From Bacteroidales bacterium (lineage in GTDB: Bacteria; Bacteroidota; Bacteroidia; Bacteroidales; 4484-276): a stretch of 64,000 nucleotides of DNA. The translations under genes and the position numbers were made by a program. Under the pieces are notes generated by a model. That model was not told where the DNA came from. It worked only from the letters and a program-made list of their open reading frames with translations, and did not search any database. Positions 54,016 through 63,066 of this stretch are shown one piece after another. The stretch lies in NCBI GenBank assembly GCA_036794825.1, contig DAIRGA010000029.1, positions 3,075 to 67,074 of the forward strand. Reading direction: 5' to 3'. Position 1 is the stretch's first letter. Every line of letters starts with the position of its first letter.

Positions 54016-56319
54016 ATGAAAATCAAAAACTTCCGGTACTCAGAAATGCTTCATTCGCTCGTTATTTTTGCAACTCAGCTTCGTTTCGTTCTGCTGCTGA
54101 CGCTGTGGACAAATTTCGTCCAGGTTTATATTGCTGAAGCTCAGCCCGCATTCCCTGAAAAAGGTGAAATTTACCGGGATGATGTTGTTCCAAGGGTGGA
54201 CATCTACATACATCCCGATACTCTCCAATGGATTTATAACAACCCGGACAGCGATATTGAGTGGCGTGCCAATTTTGTGTTCGACAATGGAACCGTCCGC
54301 GACAGTATCGAAGAGATCGGTTTCAGGCTCAGGGGAAATACCTCACGCTATTCAGCCAAAAAATCCTTCAAAGTTTCGTTCAATACCTACCAAAAAGGAC
54401 GAAAATATTATGGTTTGGAAAAAATGAACCTGAATGGCGAGCACAATGATCCTTCGGTTACCCGTGCCAAATTAGGCTGGGATCTTGCCCGTGCGCTCGA
54501 AATCGCGGCGCCCAGATCCAACCATGTAAGACTCTATATCAATGATAATTATCATGGGTTGTACCTTAACGTTGAACATATTGACGAGGAATTTGCCCAA
54601 TCGAGATTTGGAAACCAATACGGTAACCTTTACAAGTGCCTTTATCCTGCTGATTTAAAGTATCTTGGGTCAAATCCCAATCTTTACAAATACGAAAGTG
54701 GCGGGAGAAGAGCCTACGATCTGAAAACCAACACTGCTTACGACGATTACAGTGACCTGGCTGAATTCATCAACATCCTTAACAACACCGCCTTATCTGC
54801 ACTGCCGTGCGAGCTGGAGAAGGTATTTAATGTTCAGGATTATCTCAAGGTGATGGCTTTCGACATTTTTACTGCCAACTGGGATGGTTACATTTTCAAT
54901 AAGAACAACTTCTACCTGTACAAAAATCCGGAATCTGGCCAGTTTGAATACATCCCTTATGATGTTGATAACACCTATGGAATTGACTGGTTTGGTGTTG
55001 ACTGGGCTCAGCGAAACATTTATCAATGGTCGCCCTCAGGAGAAACCCGCGCATTATATAGCCGGCTAATGCAGGTGCAGCGATACAGGGATCTTTATTC
55101 ATTTTACCTTAACAAAATCAAGCAGGAGCTGATCGTCCAGCCCGCTTACAACAATTATATGGATGCCATCAGGGAGTTGATCCATCCCTACATCATCAAC
55201 GATCCTTTTTACCCGCTTGACTATGGTTTCAACGAAAATTCCTTCCTCCAGTCATACGACCAGGCCTGGGGAGCGCACGTGAAATATGGCATCAGGCCGT
55301 ATATGACCGCCAGGCTCAATTCGATTCAGCAGCAGTTGGAACTCAACCCGCTCTATCCGGTGATTAATTACCTCAGTATTGAACACAGCGGTGTAGGTAA
55401 CCCGGTGAATTTCAGGGTGAAAGCATGGGATGACCAGCCCGGTGTGCAAGCCTGGGTCAGGTACCGTTTCAACCAGTCAGGGTTTGTTACCATGCCCATG
55501 ACCGCCGGCCAGGATGATTTTTTTACAGCCACACTCAGTGGTGTGATTGGAGAAACTACCCTGAAATACCACATCCAGGTGCAGGATGCTGCAGGAAATA
55601 TTCTTTTCTACCCATGTGAATCCATCGAAGTCTATTTTCCACCCGTTTATACTACGGGACTCTACATTAACGAATTTCTTGCATCCAATCAAACCGGAAT
55701 TAACGACTCTAAAGGCGAATTCGAAGACTGGATCGAACTTTTCAATGGCGGTCAAAATCCCATTTGGCTTGGAGATAAATACCTGACGGATAAACTAAAC
55801 AATCCCACAAAATGGCAACTGCCTGACCATATCATTTTTCCCGGCGAATACCTGATCATATGGGCTGATGAGGATCCTGAACAAGGACCTTTCCATGCTG
55901 ATTTCAAGCTTTCGGCTGACGGTGAATCCATTGGAATCTTCAACAACATGGCGAGCAGTTACTCTTCCATAGATAACTACAATTTCGGGCCACAACAGAC
56001 GGATATTTCGCTGGGACGCAGTCCGGACGGCAGCTCAAACTGGGTCTATTTCGATGATCCCTCACCTGGAAGTTCCAATGCTGTTTTTGCTATCATCGAA
56101 GGCGACAGTACAGAACCTTCATTGCAACTGTATCCCAATCCTGCCGGAGGACATGCAGTGTTTTTATCGGAACGAAGAGATTTCACACTATTTCATATTT
56201 CCGGAATTCCGGTTTTGCATGGAAATGATGCGCAAAGCATTGATGTTTCAGCATTAGATAAAGGTATTTATTTGTTAAAAACCGCTGAGAACGAAAATTT
56301 TAAGATCATAATCCAATAA
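54016..56319 (+). CDS. CotH kinase-family protein with a lamin-tail domain and T9SS C-terminal sorting domain
   Basis: CotH core (KMNLNGEHNDPSVTRAKLGWDLA, LYINDNYHGLYLNVEHIDEEF, ANWDGYIFNKNNFYLYKNPESGQFEYIPYDVDNTYG). LTD (LYINEFLASNQTGINDSKGEFEDWIELFNGG). T9SS tail (LQLYPNPAGGHAVFL...GIYLLKTAENENFKIIIQ). The start is uncertain: 53995, 54016 or 54046. Confidence 0.8.
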   Translation: MKIKNFRYSEMLHSLVIFATQLRFVLLLTLWTNFVQVYIAEAQPAFPEKGEIYRDDVVPRVDIYIHPDTLQWIYNNPDSDIEWRANFVFDNGTVRDSIEEIGFRLRGNTSRYSAKKSFKVSFNTYQKGRKYYGLEKMNLNGEHNDPSVTRAKLGWDLARALEIAAPRSNHVRLYINDNYHGLYLNVEHIDEEFAQSRFGNQYGNLYKCLYPADLKYLGSNPNLYKYESGGRRAYDLKTNTAYDDYSDLAEFINILNNTALSALPCELEKVFNVQDYLKVMAFDIFTANWDGYIFNKNNFYLYKNPESGQFEYIPYDVDNTYGIDWFGVDWAQRNIYQWSPSGETRALYSRLMQVQRYRDLYSFYLNKIKQELIVQPAYNNYMDAIRELIHPYIINDPFYPLDYGFNENSFLQSYDQAWGAHVKYGIRPYMTARLNSIQQQLELNPLYPVINYLSIEHSGVGNPVNFRVKAWDDQPGVQAWVRYRFNQSGFVTMPMTAGQDDFFTATLSGVIGETTLKYHIQVQDAAGNILFYPCESIEVYFPPVYTTGLYINEFLASNQTGINDSKGEFEDWIELFNGGQNPIWLGDKYLTDKLNNPTKWQLPDHIIFPGEYLIIWADEDPEQGPFHADFKLSADGESIGIFNNMASSYSSIDNYNFGPQQTDISLGRSPDGSSNWVYFDDPSPGSSNAVFAIIEGDSTEPSLQLYPNPAGGHAVFLSERRDFTLFHISGIPVLHGNDAQSIDVSALDKGIYLLKTAENENFKIIIQ

Positions 56320-56351
56320 TCAGATAATCAAACTATTAAAATTGACTGAAG

Positions 56352-57857
56352 ATGTTAGCAATACAAAAGAAACTCTCCAAACCTTTCTTTGCGCTACTAA
56401 GCCTTCCGGCAACTGCCGTGGGCTTTGCATTGTCAACCCAAATTGCAGCCCTTAGCTGGATTTTATCCAAGAAGTACGGGCTCGATATCCACGAGGTAGC
56501 CTTTGTTTGGCTGGCAGGCCCGATAGCAGGTATTTTTGGGCAGGTTATTGTTGGACTGATAAGCGACAACGTCTGGTTTATGGGTGGAAGGCGAAGGCCT
56601 TTTATTATCATTGGCGGGTTGGTGAGCGCCGTTGCGTTTCTTTCGCTTCCTTATATTCAGGAGATTTCCAGAATAACCGGCATCGTTGACATCACCATCA
56701 TTGCATCCCTGATTGCGCTGTTTCTCGACCTCTCAGTAAATGTCACCTTTAATCCGGCGCGTTCCATCATTGCCGACCTCACCCCCGAAGGAAAACTTCG
56801 CACGGCAGGTTATGTCTGGATGCAGATTATCTCAGGATTTTTCGGCGTTCTCGCATATTTCCTCTCGATGGTTTTCGGCAACGAGAAACTACTTTACATC
56901 GCTGCTTTTCTGGTTCTTTTAACCGCTGTTTTCCCGATTTTACTGATTGAAGAGCAGCAAAACCTCAAAGTTCAGGATAAAAATGCTGAAACCTACGGAA
57001 TTAAACAGATTTTCCAGGAGATTTTTCCACTTTACGGATTTTTGGTTTTCGGTGTTTACAGCGTCTTCAATCACTTTTTTGATGCACTTACACCCATTCA
57101 CAACCCGCTACTGATCGCATCTCTGGCCTATTCGGTGGTCATCGGTATTGTCAGCATCCTGAGGGGGATGAAGAATACTACCAACAACAACGAATTCCAC
57201 AAAATCATGCTTGCACATTCATTTACATGGGTGGCATTTCAGAGTATGTTTATCATGTCGGGATTTTTTATCGAAAACAGGATTTTGCCCAACCTCGAAA
57301 TTTCGGGAATCATTGCCAACTGGTTTGCTGAAAAGCTGACGGGAATTGCTCAGACAGCTGATTCATCCATCGGCAATATTGTCTCCCTCGGTTTTCTAAT
57401 CCTGAATTTTGTAGGCGCAATATTTCCCGTGGCACTGCAGGCAATTGCCAGGCGCATCGGCAGGGTGCGTACCTATATTTTTGCACTGTCATTTTCGGCC
57501 ATAGGCTATTTTTACATTGCATTTTTAGGCCATGTTGAAACCGATTTTTACCTGGGGATGTTTTTGGCGGGAATTGGATGGTCGGCTGTAATTTCCATTG
57601 TTTTTGCTATCATGAGCGAGCGGGTAAATCCTCTGAAGATGGGTCTTTTTATGGGTGTTTTCAATCTTGCTGTTGTCCTTCCGCAAATGATGTCCAATGG
57701 CGTGGCGCATGTGATCAAACAGACAGGGAATTACCAGTTGCTTTATATCCTTTGTGGACTCTTTATCACCACATCGGTGATTTTCTGGATGTTTATCCGT
57801 GAGCCTGAAGTAAAAGAGGAGACCAAAAGTGCAAAAGTCAGCGGATCAGGACATTAA
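56352..57857 (+). CDS. MFS sugar:cation symporter (GPH/SLC45-like, maltose/sucrose-type)
   Basis: Twelve TM helices and the N-terminal signature WLAGPIAGIFGQVIVGLISDNVWFMGGRRRPFII, typical of SLC45/GPH sugar transporters. Confidence 0.8.
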   Translation: MLAIQKKLSKPFFALLSLPATAVGFALSTQIAALSWILSKKYGLDIHEVAFVWLAGPIAGIFGQVIVGLISDNVWFMGGRRRPFIIIGGLVSAVAFLSLPYIQEISRITGIVDITIIASLIALFLDLSVNVTFNPARSIIADLTPEGKLRTAGYVWMQIISGFFGVLAYFLSMVFGNEKLLYIAAFLVLLTAVFPILLIEEQQNLKVQDKNAETYGIKQIFQEIFPLYGFLVFGVYSVFNHFFDALTPIHNPLLIASLAYSVVIGIVSILRGMKNTTNNNEFHKIMLAHSFTWVAFQSMFIMSGFFIENRILPNLEISGIIANWFAEKLTGIAQTADSSIGNIVSLGFLILNFVGAIFPVALQAIARRIGRVRTYIFALSFSAIGYFYIAFLGHVETDFYLGMFLAGIGWSAVISIVFAIMSERVNPLKMGLFMGVFNLAVVLPQMMSNGVAHVIKQTGNYQLLYILCGLFITTSVIFWMFIREPEVKEETKSAKVSGSGH

Positions 57858-57901
57858 TCAGGGAATAAGCTTTTCAGAAAGGTGATCTGTCCCTTTAAAG
57901 G

Positions 57902-59038
57902 TTAATCTTCAGATCGCCTCAGGTTAAACATGCACGTTACCGGGAAATGATCGGAGAAATCAACCTTGTGAATAGTAAAATCATTAGGGACAAGAATTTC
58001 GCTATGCAGCACATAATCAATTCTGATTAAAGGAATTCCACCGGAATAGGTGCTGCCATAGCCTCTTCCGGCATTCAGAAAAGCATCCCCAAGATCATTG
58101 GAGATGGTATAATAGACATAAGAAACAGGGGTGTCGTTGAAATCACCGGAAACGATCACCGGATATGGCGACTGGCGGATATACTCCGTTGCAATCCTGG
58201 CTTGTTCCGCTCTTTTTCTGTAGGCATTTCTGAACTTGCTGAGAATTATTTTTGAGTTCGAGCTGCTCTGTGGTTGAATTCCAGGATCAATAAATTCAGT
58301 GACGAACTTATAATCAGCATTGGAGAAGCGGATGGACTCAAGATGAAAATTGAAAACCCTGATCGTGTCACGGTTGATGACAACATCGGTGTAAATGCCT
58401 GAATTTGAGGTAGAATTTTTAAAACGGATCGCTCCCTTGCCGACGATGGGAAAGCGGCTGAAGGTGGCCAGTCCGTAATGTTTGTTATCACCTGCTACTT
58501 TCACATAATCAACATGATAATGGTTGGCCAGTTGAAGCTGGACGAACGGCTCAATGGTGGGAAAAAAACTCTCATTGCCGTGAAAAAACTCCTGAAAGTT
58601 AATAATATCAGGGCTTTCAGTAGCAATGAACCTGAAAATCGCATCGCGTGTAAAATAGTCCTGGCCTTTGAGCCATTTATACTGATCGAAAAGCCGGACG
58701 TTGTAGGACAGGAATTTGAAATTGGGAGCTGATGGATCTATGTGCGAATTTTTCCCTTGTCCGAAATTCTTCATCATCACGTTCCATCCTGCCATAATGG
58801 TGATGAAGGAAAGAAGAAAATAGAATTTGAACCGAATCAGCCAGAAAACCACGAAACCGACATTAAGTATAAAAAGTACAGGGTAAAACAACCCAAGCAG
58901 CGATGGGACAAAGAATTGTTCGGGGTTGTAGTACGGCGCAAAATAGGTAAGAGCAAGCAGTATGGCAAAAAACAGGTTGATGAGCAAAAGCAGCATCTTC
59001 AGCCCGAGCCTGAAAACCCTGATGCTCCCGGTTGCCAT
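57902..59038 (-). CDS. membrane-anchored endonuclease/exonuclease/phosphatase (EEP) family protein
   Basis: Three N-terminal TM helices, then EEP motifs (LSYNVRLF, INFQEF, VFNFHLES, VSGDFND, IDYVL, SDHFPV). Its ATG overlaps the upstream stop (TAATG at 59036-59040). Confidence 0.8.
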   Translation of the reverse strand: MATGSIRVFRLGLKMLLLLINLFFAILLALTYFAPYYNPEQFFVPSLLGLFYPVLFILNVGFVVFWLIRFKFYFLLSFITIMAGWNVMMKNFGQGKNSHIDPSAPNFKFLSYNVRLFDQYKWLKGQDYFTRDAIFRFIATESPDIINFQEFFHGNESFFPTIEPFVQLQLANHYHVDYVKVAGDNKHYGLATFSRFPIVGKGAIRFKNSTSNSGIYTDVVINRDTIRVFNFHLESIRFSNADYKFVTEFIDPGIQPQSSSNSKIILSKFRNAYRKRAEQARIATEYIRQSPYPVIVSGDFNDTPVSYVYYTISNDLGDAFLNAGRGYGSTYSGGIPLIRIDYVLHSEILVPNDFTIHKVDFSDHFPVTCMFNLRRSED

Positions 59039-59964
59039 TAGTTTCGGTTTTTATTACTCGATTGAAACAACAGTGCTTTCTCTTCACTGGAAAGGCTTCC
59101 GTAACCCGACCGTGCAATCTTTTCAAGAATCTTGTCAATTTTTGCCTGGTTTTCCCGGCGGCGTGTGTTATATTCATCGTCCGAAAGTGGTCGTCCGGTG
59201 TAGGGTGTCTCAGACCGTCCGGACTTCCTGTTAAATCCTTTGTGGCGTTTAAAATTTAGCCACCGGAAACTTATGGTAAGGTCGTTGCCTTTTTTCAGTG
59301 CAAAAATATAGAGAAAGCCCCAGAAAGCGCCTCCCAGGTGTGCAATATGGCCGCCTGCATTTCCCCATGGAATGCTTAGCACATCCACAAGAATAGTGAT
59401 CAGTGCAAGGTATTTCAGCTTTAATCTTCCAAAAAGGAAAAGAACAATCGAATATTCGGGAACGTAGGTGGCCACTGCAATGAGTACTGCGAGCACAGAT
59501 GCTGAGGCGCCGAGAGCAATTGACTGACCTAAGGAGCTTTCGAAGACGGGAAAAAAATTGAAGGCCCCGATATAAAAAAACGCCCCGGCAAGTCCCCCCA
59601 GAATATAAACGCTCAGCAATTTGCTATTATCGAGGTATTCGAGAAAAATACGACCGCCAAAGTAAAGAACGATCATGTTGAACAGCAGGTGTAAAAAATT
59701 TTCGTGCAGAAACATGTATGTGATCAGCGTCCACGGACGGCTGGCCAGATCGCTCAGGTTTGCCGGAACCGACAAATACCAGGTGATCCAAGAAACATCA
59801 CCGTCGGCTGCTCCGGGATTTGAAACCTGGAAAAGCCAGAAGATAACCTTCGACACATTTACCAGTAGAAATACCCCAAGGTTTATGTATATCAGGCTGG
59901 CCAGCAACGATTTACGGCTGAAAAACCTCTTCAGGTCGTCAAGTGGATTCTGATAAGCGTACAT
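59038..59964 (-). CDS. rhomboid family intramembrane serine protease with a C-terminal cytoplasmic tail
   Basis: Rhomboid core: HENFLHLLFNM, catalytic GASASVLAV and HIAHLGGAFWG. Confidence 0.8.
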   Translation of the reverse strand: MYAYQNPLDDLKRFFSRKSLLASLIYINLGVFLLVNVSKVIFWLFQVSNPGAADGDVSWITWYLSVPANLSDLASRPWTLITYMFLHENFLHLLFNMIVLYFGGRIFLEYLDNSKLLSVYILGGLAGAFFYIGAFNFFPVFESSLGQSIALGASASVLAVLIAVATYVPEYSIVLFLFGRLKLKYLALITILVDVLSIPWGNAGGHIAHLGGAFWGFLYIFALKKGNDLTISFRWLNFKRHKGFNRKSGRSETPYTGRPLSDDEYNTRRRENQAKIDKILEKIARSGYGSLSSEEKALLFQSSNKNRN

Positions 59965-59966
59965 GC

Positions 59967-60818
59967 TTAGAAAATGCGTTTATGTTTCCAGTATTTGATG
60001 AGAAAAAAACCAAAAATCATTCCGCCAAGGTGGGCAAAATGTGCTATGTTGCTCTGCGATTGGGTAAAACCAAGGTAGAGTTCGAGCAAACCGTAAAGGA
60101 TGACAAACCATTTGGCTTTGATCGGAAAGAAGAAATAAAGATATAGCCTCACATTCGGGAATATCATTCCAAACGCCAGCAAAATCCCGAAAACGGCACC
60201 GGAAGCGCCAATCACATTCGGCCGGTTGAGCATATACTGCTTGTAATCAATCACAAATCCTTTAGCGCTTTCGATCAGCGCTGGGTTGTCGGGATTCCGC
60301 ATCAGTTGGCCAACAGTTCGGTTAAATTCATTGTATTTCAGGTGCATTTCGCCTGCGTAGGGCGAAAATGTACCCTTTATCGAAGCGCTGAATTCAACTA
60401 TACCTTGTGCTGAAGGGTTTGCAATCAGAACGTCAAGGTAGTTGATTAGTGGTTGAAATTCGATGTAAAAAATGGCATAATGAACCAGAGCAGCGCCAAC
60501 CCCGGTTATCAGATAATAGGTCAGAAACCGCCTGCTTCCCCAAATGTTCTCGAGGGTGTAACCAAACATCCAAAGCGCAAACATGTTGAAAAACAGGTGG
60601 GAAATGCTTCCATGCAGGAACATGTAGGAAATGAATTGATATGGTTCGAATGCCTGTGACCCGGGAAACCGAAGTCCAAGGTAATCAGCAAGATCAATTC
60701 GGTAGGCCTGTTCCATTGCCATGGTGGCAAGAAAAAACAATCCGTTGAGGATCAGTAGGTTCTTGACCACCGGCGGTAATACCGTAAATCCCTGGGGGCT
60801 GTATTGCTGGTAATTCAT
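59967..60818 (-). CDS. rhomboid family intramembrane serine protease
   Basis: HGSISHLFFNM, catalytic GASGAVFGIL and HFAHLGGMIFG. An insertion of about 90 aa lies between TM helices. Confidence 0.8.
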   Translation of the reverse strand: MNYQQYSPQGFTVLPPVVKNLLILNGLFFLATMAMEQAYRIDLADYLGLRFPGSQAFEPYQFISYMFLHGSISHLFFNMFALWMFGYTLENIWGSRRFLTYYLITGVGAALVHYAIFYIEFQPLINYLDVLIANPSAQGIVEFSASIKGTFSPYAGEMHLKYNEFNRTVGQLMRNPDNPALIESAKGFVIDYKQYMLNRPNVIGASGAVFGILLAFGMIFPNVRLYLYFFFPIKAKWFVILYGLLELYLGFTQSQSNIAHFAHLGGMIFGFFLIKYWKHKRIF

Positions 60819-60860
60819 TGTTTAAAGTTTGTTCAACTAACTTGATTCGTCATTAATTGT

Positions 60861-62711
60861 TTAGAGTCGTTCACCGGATTTCCGTCCAAAAATTTCACCG
60901 ACATTAATTACCTTCACAATCGGTTCGCCATCAATAGAAACCTCCGGTGCTTTGCAAGCAAATAACTCTTCGGTAAGCATTTTCATTTCAGGCTGCTGAA
61001 GAATTTTCCCGGATTTGACCGAAAGATTTTTGGCCATCGAGCGGGCTAAATTAACCCTTTTGTCAAGATCAAGCTCTATCATGCAGTGCTTGTAGTTGTT
61101 GAGAATGCTGTCGATCGTATCGGCAACATTACCCACCACCATGCCAGCCGGAGTTCCTTCGACAACGAACTGAAAGGGCTTGCTGTTGTCGGGCTTAATA
61201 CTGAAGCCCAGCAAATTCAGGTCTTCCATAATTTCATTGAGTAATTCAGCGTCTGCTGCCGAAAGCGAAAGCCTGATCCCGAACAATACCTGCTGCGACA
61301 AAGCTTTTTGGTTAGAGAGCAGCTCGATATAGCGCTCGTAGAGAATTCTTTCATGTGCCTTTTGCTGATCAATCACCAAAAGCCCTGATTTGACCTGCGT
61401 AACGATAAATTGCCGGTGAAGCTGCAGAAAAATGCTCTCCATTGAAGCGATTTCAACCTTATTCTGTTTGTTTTCATTCAGTTCAACCTGAAAACCAGCA
61501 TCATCAACAGGCGATCTGTCAAAGTTGAAATTCTTTGGCGGCATAATTTTCTCCCAATTCTCCTGATTGCTTCGCTGTCTTGGGCTGGCCGGCGGCTGCC
61601 TGTTTTCGAAAGGGTTATAATCGGGGTTTATTTTGATGGTCGGGGGATTTATTGGAATATCCTTTGCCGGTGCTTTAAAGTTAAACAATGGCTCAACTTC
61701 GAAATCAATGGCAGGGGTGATACTGAATTTTCCCAATGCTGCCTTAACCGCCGATCTCACCAGAGAATAGATAATTTTTTCGTCCTCAAACTTGATCTCT
61801 GTCTTGGTAGGATGAATGTTGATGTCAATGTTGGCCGGGTCAATTTCGATAAAGAGGAAATAAGATGGGTAGGACTTTTCGGGCAACAGCTCTTCAAATG
61901 CGCTTTCAACAGCGTGGTTCAGGTAGGCATGCCGCATAAACCTGCGGTTGACAAAGAAATATTGTTCTCCGCGTTGCTTTCTTGCAAATTCGGGCTTTGC
62001 TATAAAACCACTGATATACATTATGTTGAGTTGCTGTTCTACCGGGATTAACCGTTGATTGTACGTTGGACTGAAAATGCTGACAATCCGTTGCTTGAGG
62101 TTGGATGATTTGAGTTGGAACACCGGTTTCCTGTCGTTGAAAAGGTTAAAGTATAACTCAGGGTGAGCCAATGCGACCCGCTGAAACTCTTCGATGATGT
62201 TGCGCAGTTCAACGCTGTCGGATTTCAGGAATTTACGCCTTGCCGGCACATTGAAGAACAAGTTTTTTATCATCAGCGTTGTACCGGCAGGACAATTGCA
62301 AAACTCCTGGCGCTTCACCTCCGATGCTTCGATGGTTACCTGCGTTCCAAGTTCCTCTTCGTGCCTGCGGGTTTTCATCTCTACCTGTGCGATGGCCGCA
62401 ATAGAAGCCAGAGCCTCACCGCGAAATCCCATAGTTCGGATGGAGAAGAGATCGTTGACTGTGCTGATTTTCGAGGTTGCATGCCGCTCAAACGAAAGCC
62501 GGGCATCGGTTTCCGACATACCGCAGCCATTATCGGTGATCTGAATCAACGTTTTGCCTGCATCCTTCACTACCAGTTCAATCTTGTCGGCGCCACTGTC
62601 AATGGCGTTTTCAAGGATTTCCTTAACAGCCGATGCAGGGCGTTGGATTACCTCGCCGGCAGCAATCTGGTTGGCTACAGAATCAGGAAGCAGGTGGATG
62701 ATGTCCGACAT
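60861..62711 (-). CDS. mutL: DNA mismatch repair protein MutL
   Basis: IHLLPDSVANQIAAGEVIQRPASAVKEILENAIDSGA, DNGCGM, GFRGEALASI, and a C-terminal dimerisation domain. Confidence 0.95.
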   Translation of the reverse strand: MSDIIHLLPDSVANQIAAGEVIQRPASAVKEILENAIDSGADKIELVVKDAGKTLIQITDNGCGMSETDARLSFERHATSKISTVNDLFSIRTMGFRGEALASIAAIAQVEMKTRRHEEELGTQVTIEASEVKRQEFCNCPAGTTLMIKNLFFNVPARRKFLKSDSVELRNIIEEFQRVALAHPELYFNLFNDRKPVFQLKSSNLKQRIVSIFSPTYNQRLIPVEQQLNIMYISGFIAKPEFARKQRGEQYFFVNRRFMRHAYLNHAVESAFEELLPEKSYPSYFLFIEIDPANIDINIHPTKTEIKFEDEKIIYSLVRSAVKAALGKFSITPAIDFEVEPLFNFKAPAKDIPINPPTIKINPDYNPFENRQPPASPRQRSNQENWEKIMPPKNFNFDRSPVDDAGFQVELNENKQNKVEIASMESIFLQLHRQFIVTQVKSGLLVIDQQKAHERILYERYIELLSNQKALSQQVLFGIRLSLSAADAELLNEIMEDLNLLGFSIKPDNSKPFQFVVEGTPAGMVVGNVADTIDSILNNYKHCMIELDLDKRVNLARSMAKNLSVKSGKILQQPEMKMLTEELFACKAPEVSIDGEPIVKVINVGEIFGRKSGERL

Positions 62712-62730
62712 AAGGGTTTACGATTGCCGA

Positions 62731-63000
62731 TCAGACTTTAAATATGAAATATAGCAGGAGCAAAACAATCACAAGATAAACCAACAGGTTGATTCCCTTT
62801 GCTTTACTACGGTTTTTCCGGTCAACCTTACGCCATCTCATGTCAATTTCGCGGCTGATGCTATCACGCGAGGGGTTTTCGAAACTAATGGTTCTATTTT
62901 TAAGTTCTTCCTGTCGCTCCTTCTCCTCATCCCAATAACGCGGCTTGTAATCAAACTGCTTCGGTTTACCCCTTTTGAAAAATACAATTTGCATGGTCAA
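62731..63000 (-). CDS. small hypothetical tail-anchored membrane protein, first gene of the mutL operon
   Basis: An 89-aa ORF with a charged N-terminal part and a C-terminal TM helix (INLLVYLVIVLLLLYFIF). A -7 box lies 17 nt upstream, and the ORF ends 19 nt before the mutL start. Confidence 0.5.
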   Translation of the reverse strand: MTMQIVFFKRGKPKQFDYKPRYWDEEKERQEELKNRTISFENPSRDSISREIDMRWRKVDRKNRSKAKGINLLVYLVIVLLLLYFIFKV

Positions 63001-63017
63001 TTATTGGATTAAGGCTG

Positions 63018-63025
63018 CAAAAATA
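63018..63025 (-). promoter_or_regulatory. -7 promoter box TATTTTTG
   Basis: TAnnTTTG match 17 nt upstream of ATG 63000. Confidence 0.45.
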
Positions 63026-63034
63026 CTATAATTG

Positions 63035-63042
63035 TATCTTTG
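63035..63042 (+). promoter_or_regulatory. -7 promoter box TATCTTTG
   Basis: TAnnTTTG match 24 nt upstream of ATG 63067. It overlaps the ORF-track TTG start at 63040. Confidence 0.45.
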
Positions 63043-63066
63043 TCCCTGAAAACGAAAGGAAATACA

